64,000 nt of DNA, from the IMG/VR virus record IMGVR_UViG_3300037156_000148, positions 5,687 through 69,686 of that record. One strand, given 5' to 3'. Positions 46,415 to 57,581 of the stretch are shown piece by piece (within the stretch, counting starts at the first letter, position 1; every line of letters begins with the position of its first letter). Under the pieces are notes generated by a model. It did no database searches. It was not told where the DNA came from and saw only the letters and a program-made list of their open reading frames with translations. Made by a program: the position numbers and the translations under genes. The stretch comes from a virus.

Positions 46415-47917
46415 TTAATTGTCATTCATTAAGAAATACTGAGAGTTATCGCCACCTTCATTTTCGGAATCACTTATGTTACCTGCGTTCCTTTCATAAG
46501 GAGTTTTGGACATGGTTTGTGTTTCCTGTTCTAGGCCTGTTACTACCTGCGGGTGTGGCTTTCCTTTTTCGTCAAGACCAAAATCCGATACTACATCTAT
46601 ATCCCCCGTTGCATTAGTGTCACCCATGTTCCAAAAATGTGGGCCTCCCTGATACCTTAGTCCGGGTGTTTTTTCGGCTTTGCCTCCCCAATTTGTTGAT
46701 AGCTTCAATGCTTCCAATCCTTCTTTATTCAGGTGCAATGTAAATCTTGTTCCGTGATTAATGATGTTGCTATTCTTGTCATATTGGACAGCAAGTGTCG
46801 TGCTTGGCTCTAAGGTATAACTTCCTCTCGGCAATGCTTTGATGTCAAGGTTATCGTTTGTCCCCACAATTTTCAGGTTGTTTCTTCCCACAAAAGCATC
46901 ATGATTCGCTACAACTCCCTGCTTAAACCCATTTTCTTTATTGGGCTTCTCATACTCTATCCCTGCCACATTGGTATATCCATTGCCCCACTTACCGCCT
47001 ACCTCATAGTTTGCAGTTACAATGCCATTGTCTTTATTCGTGGCAGTGCTAGTCGGTGTTATGATTGCAGCGATAGCATTTCTATAAAAGTCGCCTGCAT
47101 TTAGCTGTCCATCACCCGCACCTTTTTTATAGTTCTTATAAATCAGTGATCGCATCAATTCGTCTTTCAATGGATTTTCTGATTTGTACTGATATGGGTG
47201 TTCGCCTGCTTGCAGTCCTGCCATGTACCCCTTTGTCTCTGAGGTAGCAAATTGACGCGCATCAGCTATTGTTCTCCCCTTACCTTTCGCCGATTGGAAT
47301 ACATAATCAAAAACATCTGTCGGGCTTGCGTCTTGCGGTAACTTTTGATGGTTTCCAAAGACTTCACCAAAGTATTTACGCGGGTCTATGTCGGGTCTTT
47401 CAAATGCTCCGTTATAATTAATAGCATCCGTTTTGCCGTCATAGTATTCTTTGACATGTTCATCAAAGGTTTTATCTCCCGTCTGCCTGAGTATAAGTCC
47501 GGCCGCCGCATCTGCCTTAGCTTTGTTGTAATTGTAAAAATTACTTTGCCCCCTTTGCATTTCATTGGAGTTGATAAGGTCTTGCTGATACTCGTGTAGC
47601 TCCGTAAGTCCCCCGCTATCCATGTACCGCGATACGTCACCATGATATTTCATGATGCCATCTTTTATCTTCGTTTTGAGTTGGTCATTTACCGCCGACA
47701 CCTTTTTTTTGTCGGGATCGAGAAGTCCGGGCTTATTTATCGTGTCGTAGTATTCTGCTAATTTGGCTTGTGCGAGTTGCGAATTATGCAAACTGTTTTC
47801 TGCAATGTTCGTACTCTCACGCTGAAACTGTAAGGCACGTTCTGCCATGCCACGTTTAGCATCCCAATTGGTGAATCCACCACTCATGGCCTGTATGGTC
47901 GCTGCGTCTAATGGCAT
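46415..47917 (-). CDS. Virion cargo protein (500 aa)
   Basis: Position and helical composition. Confidence 0.55.
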   Translation of the reverse strand: MPLDAATIQAMSGGFTNWDAKRGMAERALQFQRESTNIAENSLHNSQLAQAKLAEYYDTINKPGLLDPDKKKVSAVNDQLKTKIKDGIMKYHGDVSRYMDSGGLTELHEYQQDLINSNEMQRGQSNFYNYNKAKADAAAGLILRQTGDKTFDEHVKEYYDGKTDAINYNGAFERPDIDPRKYFGEVFGNHQKLPQDASPTDVFDYVFQSAKGKGRTIADARQFATSETKGYMAGLQAGEHPYQYKSENPLKDELMRSLIYKNYKKGAGDGQLNAGDFYRNAIAAIITPTSTATNKDNGIVTANYEVGGKWGNGYTNVAGIEYEKPNKENGFKQGVVANHDAFVGRNNLKIVGTNDNLDIKALPRGSYTLEPSTTLAVQYDKNSNIINHGTRFTLHLNKEGLEALKLSTNWGGKAEKTPGLRYQGGPHFWNMGDTNATGDIDVVSDFGLDEKGKPHPQVVTGLEQETQTMSKTPYERNAGNISDSENEGGDNSQYFLMNDN

Positions 47918-50595
47918 TAGCTACCTGTTTTTTGTGTCATTAACCAATCCTGATATTTCTTATAGTCATTGTATGATGGGTCGGCAGATTTATTTGAAGT
48001 GTATGAATTTCTAAATCCACCCTTCAAAGCTACCTCATTACCACTTTTTTCGCTGTCTGCTGCCGTCTGCGCCCTTTGCAGTTCCACATCTTTTAGCTTT
48101 TGATAGTCGCTGTTCCTACCATAGAACCTATCAAACATGGCATGACTATTTACATCATTCTCTGCCATAGCCGCTAATTGCGCCCCTGACTGTTTGGTAG
48201 CATTTATGCGGTTATATTGATCTTCGTATGACTGCCTGTCTAAAGCAAGGTTCTCATTTGCTACGGGGGCATACGCTGATAGGTTGGCGCGCTTTGCTGC
48301 CGCGTCTACCGATGCCAGTTGCACCGCAGCGCGATTATGTTGACCGATTGCGGCCTGATCTCCCGCCATGATAAGACCCGCATTGCCGCCGCCGATGTTC
48401 CTGTTCCTTTCCAACATGGTTAATAGCGTATTATCGGAATCATTTTTAGCCATAGCCTTATCTGCTTCGGGTAGCCCTTCATATGATTGCTGCCTTACCC
48501 TGTCTGAGTATTGCGTCCAGTCGGGAGATATTTGATAAGTAGGCAATGTTTCATTTGCGCCGACCATTCCTAATACTCCTTTCGCTGCACTTGCTCCATA
48601 TTCACCCGCACTACCCCAATCAAAGCCGTGATTATTTTCTTGGTCGTGTGGGCCTGTGGTGTTAGATGTTAGTGGTGCTACGGGAGATGCTTGATTTGAA
48701 GATGCTGATTCATTATTTTGATCGAGTGGGTTTTTTTGGATAGGCATTTCAGCAACGGGTGTGCCATCAGGAGTATGCCTCTGCATGTATCCATTGGCAT
48801 CTGGCTTATGTGTATTCGCGCCATTCGCGAATGTAGATTTCGATAAAATGTCTCCTTCGGGGCTATCTTTGTGGATAGCGGGTTTGGTCATGTTATTATT
48901 GTACTCTACGCCCAAACGCGGTGGTTCTTTTGCTTTGGCTACTGCTTGCGCTTCATCAATGTGTTTTTGAGTGGCATCATTAGTTGCAGCATCTTTTTTG
49001 CCTGATTTGTTATAATACCAATCAAAATAATTAAACTTTTTATCGGGGACTATTGAAGCCCTCGTGCCGCTTTGGTCTGGTTTCCCAAAAACATTTTCGT
49101 ATCCATGCGTAAGCCCCCTTTTTTCTAATTCAGCATTTGCCGCATCTAAAACTTTCCCGTGTCCTCTTGCATTTATACTTGTGGCACTACTCTTTAATGC
49201 CGCTAGTTCTTCATTAGAAAGGGTAGATATTCTATCCTCTGGCGCACCACTATTTACTATTTGCTTTAACTTATCAAACTTGTCCTTATCATCATATGAT
49301 ACTTCTCCTTTTTTATCCCACTTGTCCTTTATGCGGTTATATTCGGCAAGTGCATCTTTGTAGTTTATATTCTCCATTGAAGTTACCGTACCGCCTTCTG
49401 AATATCCCGTACTGCCATCTTTATGCTCACCTTTCTTTTTTATCTGTTCGGACATCATTTTAAATGCGCCGTCCTTATCACCGCTTTCAATAGCCTTTCT
49501 AAGCGCGTCTACGTTGTCCTTAGAGAAAACAATCATTTCGCCTTTCTCTACCCGTACGCCTGTGTCCTTGCCTGTATCAGCGTGTACTAAGGCAATGTCA
49601 TCATCACCTTTACCGCCTTTGACATGGGCTACACCGCCTTCTGCGTAAGCTGTATATCCTGCCGCATCAAAACTTAATCCACCGCCACCACTATCAATAG
49701 CCGGAGCCGATAGAGTATCCATAGAGGCAGTATCACTTACTCCACCTGAACCAGACCCAAAACTATTCATCCCATCTAAGATAGGATTTGATGATTGCAC
49801 CGATCCCAAGTCGGGAGTGTTTGCTCCCTGATTGAGCATCATATTAGTATTGAAAGGTGCACCAGTACTATCGCCTCCATTGGGATTTTGGAATTGTACG
49901 CCTCCACCACCTACACCTGTATTTCCTGATACGGGTGTAAATGATTGAGTCGGAATAGTAGCACCTGTCTGTGGAGTGGCTGTATGATTAGCCAATAGCT
50001 GTTTCAATATGTCGCCACCAAATGCTCCTATACCCGCCATGCCTGCCTGTACGCCTGCATGTTGATTGGGCTGATTGACACTGTTTACGGGTCGTCCAGT
50101 TGAGCCATACGATATGCCATTGTTGTTTAAGGCATAAGCGGAATAAGCGTCCTTATAGTAGTTTTGCTGATCGTGAAATTGCTTCTCTGCATTGCGTCTT
50201 TTGTTTCCATCAGATACCGCTTTTATGGCATCGAATATCGGGCCTCCAAGTATTTCTCCAATACCTTCACCGACCTTTTGCGCCTGACCTTCGCCTTTTG
50301 TTTCCTGCTTATAATTTGAAAAGTAATTGAACTGTTGCCCGAAAGGGTCTAAAGCTGCCCCCGTTGCATCACCTCCCGCAGTATTAGTAGCCTGTATCGG
50401 TTTAGTTATAGAAGTTATGCCACTATATATCTGACCGACTACCGGCACTGCCTTTATGCCTGATTCTATGCCGGACTTAACCAAGCTCCCCGTAGGGTTC
50501 TTCCTTGTGCCGTCTGCATTGTATAAGGAGTTAGGATCGGTATTGTCGTAATACTGATATGGCCCTTGATTCCCAAATGTATTTTCTACTGGCAT
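47917..50595 (-). CDS. Virion cargo protein with YxEGG motifs (892 aa)
   Basis: YAEGG, YSEGG and VRVEKGEMIV motifs; follows the stabilization protein. Confidence 0.6.
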   Translation of the reverse strand: MPVENTFGNQGPYQYYDNTDPNSLYNADGTRKNPTGSLVKSGIESGIKAVPVVGQIYSGITSITKPIQATNTAGGDATGAALDPFGQQFNYFSNYKQETKGEGQAQKVGEGIGEILGGPIFDAIKAVSDGNKRRNAEKQFHDQQNYYKDAYSAYALNNNGISYGSTGRPVNSVNQPNQHAGVQAGMAGIGAFGGDILKQLLANHTATPQTGATIPTQSFTPVSGNTGVGGGGVQFQNPNGGDSTGAPFNTNMMLNQGANTPDLGSVQSSNPILDGMNSFGSGSGGVSDTASMDTLSAPAIDSGGGGLSFDAAGYTAYAEGGVAHVKGGKGDDDIALVHADTGKDTGVRVEKGEMIVFSKDNVDALRKAIESGDKDGAFKMMSEQIKKKGEHKDGSTGYSEGGTVTSMENINYKDALAEYNRIKDKWDKKGEVSYDDKDKFDKLKQIVNSGAPEDRISTLSNEELAALKSSATSINARGHGKVLDAANAELEKRGLTHGYENVFGKPDQSGTRASIVPDKKFNYFDWYYNKSGKKDAATNDATQKHIDEAQAVAKAKEPPRLGVEYNNNMTKPAIHKDSPEGDILSKSTFANGANTHKPDANGYMQRHTPDGTPVAEMPIQKNPLDQNNESASSNQASPVAPLTSNTTGPHDQENNHGFDWGSAGEYGASAAKGVLGMVGANETLPTYQISPDWTQYSDRVRQQSYEGLPEADKAMAKNDSDNTLLTMLERNRNIGGGNAGLIMAGDQAAIGQHNRAAVQLASVDAAAKRANLSAYAPVANENLALDRQSYEDQYNRINATKQSGAQLAAMAENDVNSHAMFDRFYGRNSDYQKLKDVELQRAQTAADSEKSGNEVALKGGFRNSYTSNKSADPSYNDYKKYQDWLMTQKTGS

Positions 50596-50605
50596 GGATT
50601 ACTTT

Positions 50606-53600
50606 TTATGCTCTATTGCTCTCTCTGTACTTTGTCTGTACATCCGTAATCCTCACAATCGTATCTGAACCATCATTGCCAATCTCATATTCCTGCACAC
50701 AATACTTTCCTAGTATCCTTGCCCTGTTCGTTAGTTCCCGCATCGGATACCGAAGGAAACCCTCTTCAAACTTCGGCCTCGTATCCACAGTTGGGTCATT
50801 CAGTGTTATAGACTGCGCCGCCGTAATAGGAGTGACCAAATTTACTGAATTTATTTTACTTGCACCCGCTAACGTTTCTACGCCTATCTCCGCGTTGTCG
50901 AAATAATTAGCTCTCAGTATTTCGGGATTGCTGACAAATTTAAGTGTTGATACCTGATTCACTCCATATATCTGCCCCTTGATACCCTCATTGTGCATGT
51001 ATATTGTCGGTATGATAGTAGCGGTTGAAATCGGCATCTGAGAGAAAAATGATTGTTTCAGGTCGAAGTACATGGTAGGGTAAAATCCATGCCTGCTTTG
51101 AAACTGACTGAGTTTAGCACTAAATTCTACGGTATGTGGATCCCCTACGGTCACTACTCCAGAACGTGTGCTATCCTCTAATCTTGTCGTAAATGTGGTA
51201 TATATGCTCTCATTCTCAGAATCAAAAACACTATGTATGCCACCTAAGAAAGTTGGGTTATCATAGTATCTTGGATTGCCACCCGTCAATGTTCCACCCC
51301 TATCAATAACTAACCAGTAGTCTCTTGTCCACTTGTTAATATTATCGTGGTAATCAAATTTATCTGAGTATGCTTCTACCCCATCTTGGGCAAATCTATT
51401 GAGCTTCCCCTTTTCTGCATCTGTCCAATAAAGAGCTTTGCCCGTATTGACTACTGACCACTGATGCTGACACCCATCTTTGATAGATAGGTACTGATGC
51501 CCCTGATACCCATTGGCGATGGCTGTAAGGAGTTCCCCACCCCCTGCGGCTATTCCAGTCCTCTCATTGAATAATATACGCGAGAAGCCATATCTCTGCA
51601 ACATATAGATACTATTGTACCCTCCCATGTATGCCATTTCGGTTATCTCCCCATATTGACCCTGCGCGAACTGTGATTTAGTAGTAAGGAATTGCCGGAA
51701 ACTATCATAACACTCCCCATATACTTTTTGATTACTGTATATTTCCATCAAGGGGAAATTGTTATTTACCTCCCCGAAACAGGCTTGAAGCGAAGTGTAT
51801 TGATTCGCGGTATCGGCTGCATTGCATACGGCAGCTATTAAAAAGTCCTCTGACTGTTTAAGCGCATCATCAAAGTACCATATACCATCTGCATTTACTA
51901 TGGTACTATTGGGATTACAATATGTACTCATAGGATCCGTCCCGTACCGAGGAAATGTAATACCCGCCCTCATGGTGTGGTTATAAACAGATTCTACACA
52001 AAACGCCATTCCTATGGCATAATCAGGATAGTTTGCCGTACTGCAATCTGGCGAAGTCTGTGTGCCTATGGCTTGATTAAAGTAAGCGGGTTCTATCCTA
52101 TCGTAGCAAAAGAAATCCACGTAGGTATCCCCATAATAAACCTCTATGTCGCTAAACGTGTATCTCTGAGTAGTAGGATTTAAGGCAATGGCAAGGGTGT
52201 CTTTATTGATAGGTATAAAGTGACCTATGTTATTATAAATTCTGTTATCGAGCCATGACTGCGTGATAGTATAGGCTCCTACACTACGCATGTAGTTCAT
52301 TAGGTAATAGGGTGTATGGCAGAAATTTCCCGTATTCCCTGTCCAGTCTTTTACCCGAAGGCTTGCTGTTTTAAGCCCCGTATTAGGAGTGCCTGCCACT
52401 GAACCCATAGCGGCATCAGATACCAATAGCATTGTATCGGAATGCGCGCGTCCCGTATAGACCTTTCGTGACGCTGAAAATGTTTGATAATCAACAGGGT
52501 AATAGTCCTGCTGTGTTCCTATCTCATAATAATTGTATCCCTGACTTCCTTGATAGCCAGGCACATTCCTTGCCTGTACGTACAGATCATTTACACTATA
52601 TGGTACGCCAAAAAAAGCATTATTGGCAGTATATGCGGGATTATTTAATTCAGGGTTACTGTCAATACTTCCGGGGAATGGCAATGAATTGGGTAATGAT
52701 ATATAGTGCTTATTGAAGAAATGCGGATAGGCTGTATATGTTTGGAGTGATCCCGCGCATCCTACGAATTGATCAGGCGAAACACCTGTGTCCGGGCCAG
52801 AATCAGGGATGACAGTAAAATCTCCCGTTTTTAGGTTATAGGGAGCAACGATGCCAATAGGGACAATTGTATCGGCACTTAATGATGTACCAAAAATAGT
52901 GGGATCAAAAAATGCATCAGGGCATTCAAATGTAAAAGCATATGGCATTACTTGGATTGGCTCACCATCCGACAACTTCCCTGCTGTACGAGCATACCCT
53001 ATCCCTAGTTGTTCATACCAGTTATAGCCCGTTACGAGGGGATGGGTTTCTTTTGTATCGTGACCTGCGTTATCTATATATTTGGTCGTATTCAAAATCA
53101 CTCCCTGCCCGATTACCGCGCCCAATCTTGGCATTTGGACAATAGCAAATCCCGATACCTGCAAATCTCCGTATTGGTCGAATAGAATATCTGTCAGGTC
53201 TATGTTCCCAAATTGGATTCCCATTATGATAGGACAGATATTTGCCCCCTGTATTGTGTTATCTAAGATAGGATCACCGCTTACATATGGTGGCTGTGGA
53301 ATACCATTTACAGAAAATGGAGTATCGGTAAGCCTGAAATCACCTACGCTATATGGGGTAGTTCCCGATGTCGTCCCCGATAGTCTAGCATCGGAAAATA
53401 TATTATTAAATTGGGCAGGGAAGGTATAGTCTGTGATATGCTGCGCCCATGATGGCTGTCCTTTTCTGTCAAACAATACAAGGGCAAACGGATAGGTATC
53501 TTGCCTCATCTTTGATTTATAAAGATGCTCCCATTGAGTTCCTTTGTAATTTGTGTAGTCCTCATGACCTACCGACCCGACCTCATATATTTCCTGATAC

Positions 53601-54907
53601 ATAGTCCCGCTACCGCCAAAAAACATGTTCCTTGTGGTAGTATCTGATATGGGGATTTGATTGGTGAAAGGCAGAGCAGATATAGGATTAAGTGTAGGAT
53701 CAGGGTTGCCATTTCCTATACCAGTCGTATCGCTAATCATCTTTTTTAAAATGGGGCAGCATACTATACCTGCCGTACTTGCTATTTGTGGTTCAGCGTA
53801 TAAATCTATATTCGCTTTATGCAAATAATTATCCCCTGTGATAGCGTCCGTTTTAGCATTTTGTATCTCGAAATATCTTTGTATAAGTGATTCTGCCGTT
53901 ATTATTTGCCCTATGTCTACGGTGTGCTGAACGAGTACCGTAGCGGGGCCTGTCTGTGGAATATCCACCTTTGAAAATATTATACCATTTAACGGAGCTA
54001 TATCAGTTGCCCAATATAGTGCCGCCACTTCTATTTGCTGAAATCTTTGATCCAGTCCTTTTATCTCAAATAGATGCCCTTTAGTCGTTGCCGACCCTGC
54101 CGAGGACATAAAGTATTGATTCCAGTCTGTAATGCTCCTATCCTGCGCCGTACATTGGATATGTGCCGTCAAAGCTGACCAAGGGGAGACATACCCGCTT
54201 TTACCGATATACCGATACGCATACTGCCGCTTGCCTGAGATAAGCGCGCCGGATATGTCGTGCTGATACTTTACTAATCCCCATGTGAGGTCAGGCATAG
54301 AATTTATCTGATGTGCACTATGCCATACAGGATAAGGCAACGTAGACCATACTGTGCCGCTTGGCGGGATTATATTGATAGTTCTTGGTTCATTGTAGTC
54401 ATCATCCCAATAAACGCGCGTAGTGTGTTCGTTTTCTACGATACCAAGCATTTTGGCGTTCCATGCTGTTTTGAGTTGTAGCCTGCCCTGTCCGGCGTTC
54501 GCGCCTACGGGTATTGGCCCATTGGGATCATTGTAGTCATTATAGATAGTTTCATATGAAAATCTACCGAACTGCGGTTGCGATATGACCCCTATTTCGC
54601 TCCACCAATTATTTGTTAGCAGCACTACGCATTGCCCATTGACCGTACACTGTCCGATGATGATATAGGGGGGCATTGCCCCACCAGGTATCGGAGGGTA
54701 TGGGACTAATGGATTGGCATGATTGACAGAAATAGTCAAGACAAGTTTTGTCCCATTGGCATTTTCCCACGCATATGTTCCGTCCTCATTATATATGATA
54801 CGTCCATTAAAACTATCCAAATAAGACTGCTTCGATTCTTGGCTTTTATCCAATCCCGTGTGCATTCCTTTCTGAAAGGTATTGATCGTTGTTTTTGTTT
54901 CGCTCAT
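50606..54907 (-). CDS. Tail stabilization/muzzle protein (crAss-like)
   Basis: NTFQKGMHT..YLDSFNGRI..ENANGT, VYWDDDYNEPRTINI, QYAYRY, YYGDTYV, GCQHQWS..YWTD. Confidence 0.8.
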   Translation of the reverse strand: MSETKTTINTFQKGMHTGLDKSQESKQSYLDSFNGRIIYNEDGTYAWENANGTKLVLTISVNHANPLVPYPPIPGGAMPPYIIIGQCTVNGQCVVLLTNNWWSEIGVISQPQFGRFSYETIYNDYNDPNGPIPVGANAGQGRLQLKTAWNAKMLGIVENEHTTRVYWDDDYNEPRTINIIPPSGTVWSTLPYPVWHSAHQINSMPDLTWGLVKYQHDISGALISGKRQYAYRYIGKSGYVSPWSALTAHIQCTAQDRSITDWNQYFMSSAGSATTKGHLFEIKGLDQRFQQIEVAALYWATDIAPLNGIIFSKVDIPQTGPATVLVQHTVDIGQIITAESLIQRYFEIQNAKTDAITGDNYLHKANIDLYAEPQIASTAGIVCCPILKKMISDTTGIGNGNPDPTLNPISALPFTNQIPISDTTTRNMFFGGSGTMYQEIYEVGSVGHEDYTNYKGTQWEHLYKSKMRQDTYPFALVLFDRKGQPSWAQHITDYTFPAQFNNIFSDARLSGTTSGTTPYSVGDFRLTDTPFSVNGIPQPPYVSGDPILDNTIQGANICPIIMGIQFGNIDLTDILFDQYGDLQVSGFAIVQMPRLGAVIGQGVILNTTKYIDNAGHDTKETHPLVTGYNWYEQLGIGYARTAGKLSDGEPIQVMPYAFTFECPDAFFDPTIFGTSLSADTIVPIGIVAPYNLKTGDFTVIPDSGPDTGVSPDQFVGCAGSLQTYTAYPHFFNKHYISLPNSLPFPGSIDSNPELNNPAYTANNAFFGVPYSVNDLYVQARNVPGYQGSQGYNYYEIGTQQDYYPVDYQTFSASRKVYTGRAHSDTMLLVSDAAMGSVAGTPNTGLKTASLRVKDWTGNTGNFCHTPYYLMNYMRSVGAYTITQSWLDNRIYNNIGHFIPINKDTLAIALNPTTQRYTFSDIEVYYGDTYVDFFCYDRIEPAYFNQAIGTQTSPDCSTANYPDYAIGMAFCVESVYNHTMRAGITFPRYGTDPMSTYCNPNSTIVNADGIWYFDDALKQSEDFLIAAVCNAADTANQYTSLQACFGEVNNNFPLMEIYSNQKVYGECYDSFRQFLTTKSQFAQGQYGEITEMAYMGGYNSIYMLQRYGFSRILFNERTGIAAGGGELLTAIANGYQGHQYLSIKDGCQHQWSVVNTGKALYWTDAEKGKLNRFAQDGVEAYSDKFDYHDNINKWTRDYWLVIDRGGTLTGGNPRYYDNPTFLGGIHSVFDSENESIYTTFTTRLEDSTRSGVVTVGDPHTVEFSAKLSQFQSRHGFYPTMYFDLKQSFFSQMPISTATIIPTIYMHNEGIKGQIYGVNQVSTLKFVSNPEILRANYFDNAEIGVETLAGASKINSVNLVTPITAAQSITLNDPTVDTRPKFEEGFLRYPMRELTNRARILGKYCVQEYEIGNDGSDTIVRITDVQTKYRESNRA

Positions 54908-54910
54908 ATT

Positions 54911-55588
54911 TTACCAGTAATAACTGCCATACCAACGTCTACGGTTTCTCACTCCCATATAGGCGCGTCCAAGGCTCAATATTTCTTCATTCGTAAATTC
55001 ATTGATGTCATGCCTGCTTTGCTTACATGCTTTAAGCCACTGTGCGTATTGGTCATCCTTCCTGTCATCACGCTCACGTACACATATTTTCCATCCGATG
55101 TAGTAAGCAATTGCTCGTTCACATAGGCTTATTATCATTGGGTAGCCATCATCATCCACCGGCTTTAAAAGGTACTGTATTTGGACAGGTGTATTGTCAG
55201 CTATTGCGGGGGTGAAGGTGATATACTCTTGGGTTATTACAAAACTATGACCCTCATTAAAGCCTCTATTTGTATATTCTATTCCCATCCTTACGTGTGG
55301 AGTAGATCGGCTATTTCTGTTATACCTAATAGAACGACCTCCGATATGTATATCTTCCAATACCTGAAAGTCGGGGCTATTCCTTATTTGATTATTGAGT
55401 GTGAGCCTTGTTTCTATAAGCATAGGTGATCCGCCAGGTTGCTTGAATACAAGGTCTTGCGCCTCGGCACTCCATCGCACTAAAGCGGATTCCTGCGTCT
55501 GCATGATATTCTCAGAGTAGCCCAAGTTTTCAAGAGCACTTTTGATGGCTACCATGCACGACATAAATATGATGTTATTCTTCGCCAT
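54911..55588 (-). CDS. Tail ring/tubular protein
   Basis: IQYLLKPVDDDGYPMI..AIAYYI motif of crAss-like ring proteins. Confidence 0.7.
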   Translation of the reverse strand: MAKNNIIFMSCMVAIKSALENLGYSENIMQTQESALVRWSAEAQDLVFKQPGGSPMLIETRLTLNNQIRNSPDFQVLEDIHIGGRSIRYNRNSRSTPHVRMGIEYTNRGFNEGHSFVITQEYITFTPAIADNTPVQIQYLLKPVDDDGYPMIISLCERAIAYYIGWKICVRERDDRKDDQYAQWLKACKQSRHDINEFTNEEILSLGRAYMGVRNRRRWYGSYYW

Positions 55589-55814
55589 GCCATTTACCCA
55601 TAGGGCACTCCATTTTTTTAAACATTGTCTTTAAGTCTATGTCACACATGCACTCATTGCAATGCCTTGTTTTTATTACGGGAACAATCGTAAAGTTTCC
55701 GCACATCTCACAGGTTGAAATCCTTTCTTGTACTACACTATCCGATGCGTAGTTGCCCTTTCTCGTTTCCTTGATGGCTTCTACTATATCCCAAATGCTG
55801 TCCCTGATTTTCAT
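55575..55814 (-). CDS. Small Zn-binding protein (DUF6171-like)
   Basis: ERISTCEMC..CNECMC..K..CPMGKW. Confidence 0.7.
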   Translation of the reverse strand: MKIRDSIWDIVEAIKETRKGNYASDSVVQERISTCEMCGNFTIVPVIKTRHCNECMCDIDLKTMFKKMECPMGKWHGEE

Positions 55815-56218
55815 GCGTATGATTTTGGCTTGTTCTTCTCCAAATATTTCATCCTGAATGACGGATCAATCTTCACATCTATGTGCTTATACCTATGCTC
55901 CATGTCTATGCTTAAATCCGTTACGCCGTACTTCAAATCCCAAACCACATCATTTTTAGAAATGAACTTTTCTGATACGATCTTCTGTCCGGTGTACATC
56001 TTAACCTCACCATACTTGATAGCCGTTGCCATCATTGCCTTGATGTAGTCAGTTGCAAAGTCCCCGTAAGTTACAAGTTTTTTAAATTCAGGTATTTTAT
56101 TATCCCGCATGGAGTTGCGTTCACGCACCATTATCATGAATAGTCGGGACATGTCAAGGATGCCGAAATGCCTTGCCACATAATTATGTCGCGGTGTTTT
56201 TGATTTCTTTATTCTCAT
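55811..56218 (-). CDS. Hypothetical basic protein (position of HU/IHF-like gene in crAss-like phages)
   Basis: Synteny only. Confidence 0.4.
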   Translation of the reverse strand: MRIKKSKTPRHNYVARHFGILDMSRLFMIMVRERNSMRDNKIPEFKKLVTYGDFATDYIKAMMATAIKYGEVKMYTGQKIVSEKFISKNDVVWDLKYGVTDLSIDMEHRYKHIDVKIDPSFRMKYLEKNKPKSYA

Positions 56219-56876
56219 TTCCCTGCGGCAAGTTAATACTTTGTAAAATAGTAGCCCATACCATATTATAACAATCCTGCTCTATGGCTGTATCTATCGG
56301 ATATTGGTCATTGTCCCAATCAAATTCTACCTCATTCCCATTTTCATCATACCTTACTACAAGCTCCGGCCGGTCAGCTAATACCCTGATATTCGCATAA
56401 CAGGGCACATTTTCTACGTCTCCATAAATATAAATGGTATCTGCAATTTGTTCGGCCCATATAGCGTCACGTTTCGGATAGCGGGTATATTTATTGAGTT
56501 GCCCGTATGAGGTGTCTGTAAGTGATATGGTAGTGAGCTTGTCTATCATGCCAAAAAAAACTACTCCTTTGTTTCGGGGCAGGTCAATTACTTTTGGTAT
56601 GATTACTTTTTTGATGGGTATGCCCCATTTGACATCGAGCGTGTCTGTGATGTCACAAGTGATAAGGGGTACGGCCCCTAGGTCTTGCTGATATTGTGGA
56701 GTGATGTCATCCCTTTGCCGTCCTGATTGAGAAAAATATCGGGAGATAATTATTTTGTTCCTTGCCGTTCCAAAGGCAAAAAGAAGCTCACGATCAGAAA
56801 AACCATATTCGCGGTTACTCTGACCACCCGCAGGGGTGTTGCGGAGGTGGAATACTATCTCTGCTGCTGTTGGCAT
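56184..56876 (-). CDS. Tail ring/head-tail connector protein
   Basis: SDRELLF..R, QDLGAVPL, IYIY, DQYPID. Confidence 0.65.
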   Translation of the reverse strand: MPTAAEIVFHLRNTPAGGQSNREYGFSDRELLFAFGTARNKIIISRYFSQSGRQRDDITPQYQQDLGAVPLITCDITDTLDVKWGIPIKKVIIPKVIDLPRNKGVVFFGMIDKLTTISLTDTSYGQLNKYTRYPKRDAIWAEQIADTIYIYGDVENVPCYANIRVLADRPELVVRYDENGNEVEFDWDNDQYPIDTAIEQDCYNMVWATILQSINLPQGNENKEIKNTAT

Positions 56877-57142
56877 TATGCGGCATTGTCACCATCAGGG
56901 CTTTTAGGTTTTACATCAAGATTGGATTCTTCTTTCGAAGTTTCATCTTCGGATTCTTTCGAAGTTTCGCCTACGGGCTGATTAAGTAACCGGCCATATG
57001 TAGCTGATGGTATATGCGACCCGCCTTTGCCTAGTTGACTAGCAGCATAGGCATTGTGTTCAGCAATAGCCTTATTCTTTTCTTCTTCGGTCTTTGCGCT
57101 GACAATAGCCAAACGCAATTCTTCGTGTTTCTTATCTGCCAT
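56876..57142 (-). CDS. Hypothetical protein
   Basis: Coupled ORF. Confidence 0.55.
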   Translation of the reverse strand: MADKKHEELRLAIVSAKTEEEKNKAIAEHNAYAASQLGKGGSHIPSATYGRLLNQPVGETSKESEDETSKEESNLDVKPKSPDGDNAA

Positions 57143-57329
57143 CGTATTGATTTTTGTAGTTAGGAATAGTGCCCGTAACAGGCTTGGTGTCGAAACCCCT
57201 GCCCGGTTGTTTCCAGTTCTTATTCATCGGATTGAACTTGGCAATCTCGGCTGATTTTTTCACGCAATTTTCGCCTGTGATACCTGTCATAGTATCCATT
57301 TTTACCCTTGTGCCAGTCATCTTTTTCAT
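57132..57329 (-). CDS. Hypothetical protein
   Basis: Coupled ORF. Confidence 0.5.
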   Translation of the reverse strand: MKKMTGTRVKMDTMTGITGENCVKKSAEIAKFNPMNKNWKQPGRGFDTKPVTGTIPNYKNQYDGR

Positions 57330-57344
57330 GATTAAGTTTTTTAT

Positions 57345-57581
57345 TTATCCGCAATTTTTACAACCTGTTTTACCAGTACCCGACGCTATCATTGTTTTTT
57401 TTTGACTTACGCTCTGTTCGCACCCCTTACATCTTCCTGCCTGATGGTCAAGTATGGCTTTCACCATCTCATCCTTTGTTCCTGCTACCTCCAATCCTAG
57501 TGATTTAGCTATATGCTTCACCACATCTTCATTCTTGGAGTTTAGCAAGTCTGCCGTTACCGTCCCCATTATCCCCATCAT
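57345..57581 (-). CDS. SAP/HeH-like small protein with two CxxC
   Basis: VVKHIAKSLGLEVAGTKDEMVKAIL; CKGC, CKNC. Confidence 0.55.
   Translation of the reverse strand: MMGIMGTVTADLLNSKNEDVVKHIAKSLGLEVAGTKDEMVKAILDHQAGRCKGCEQSVSQKKTMIASGTGKTGCKNCG

Noticed and set aside
38000-50595. Virion RNA polymerase as in crAss-like phages
   Set aside because: No DxDxD motif found by eye; IDDIDK and GDIDV are incomplete matches.
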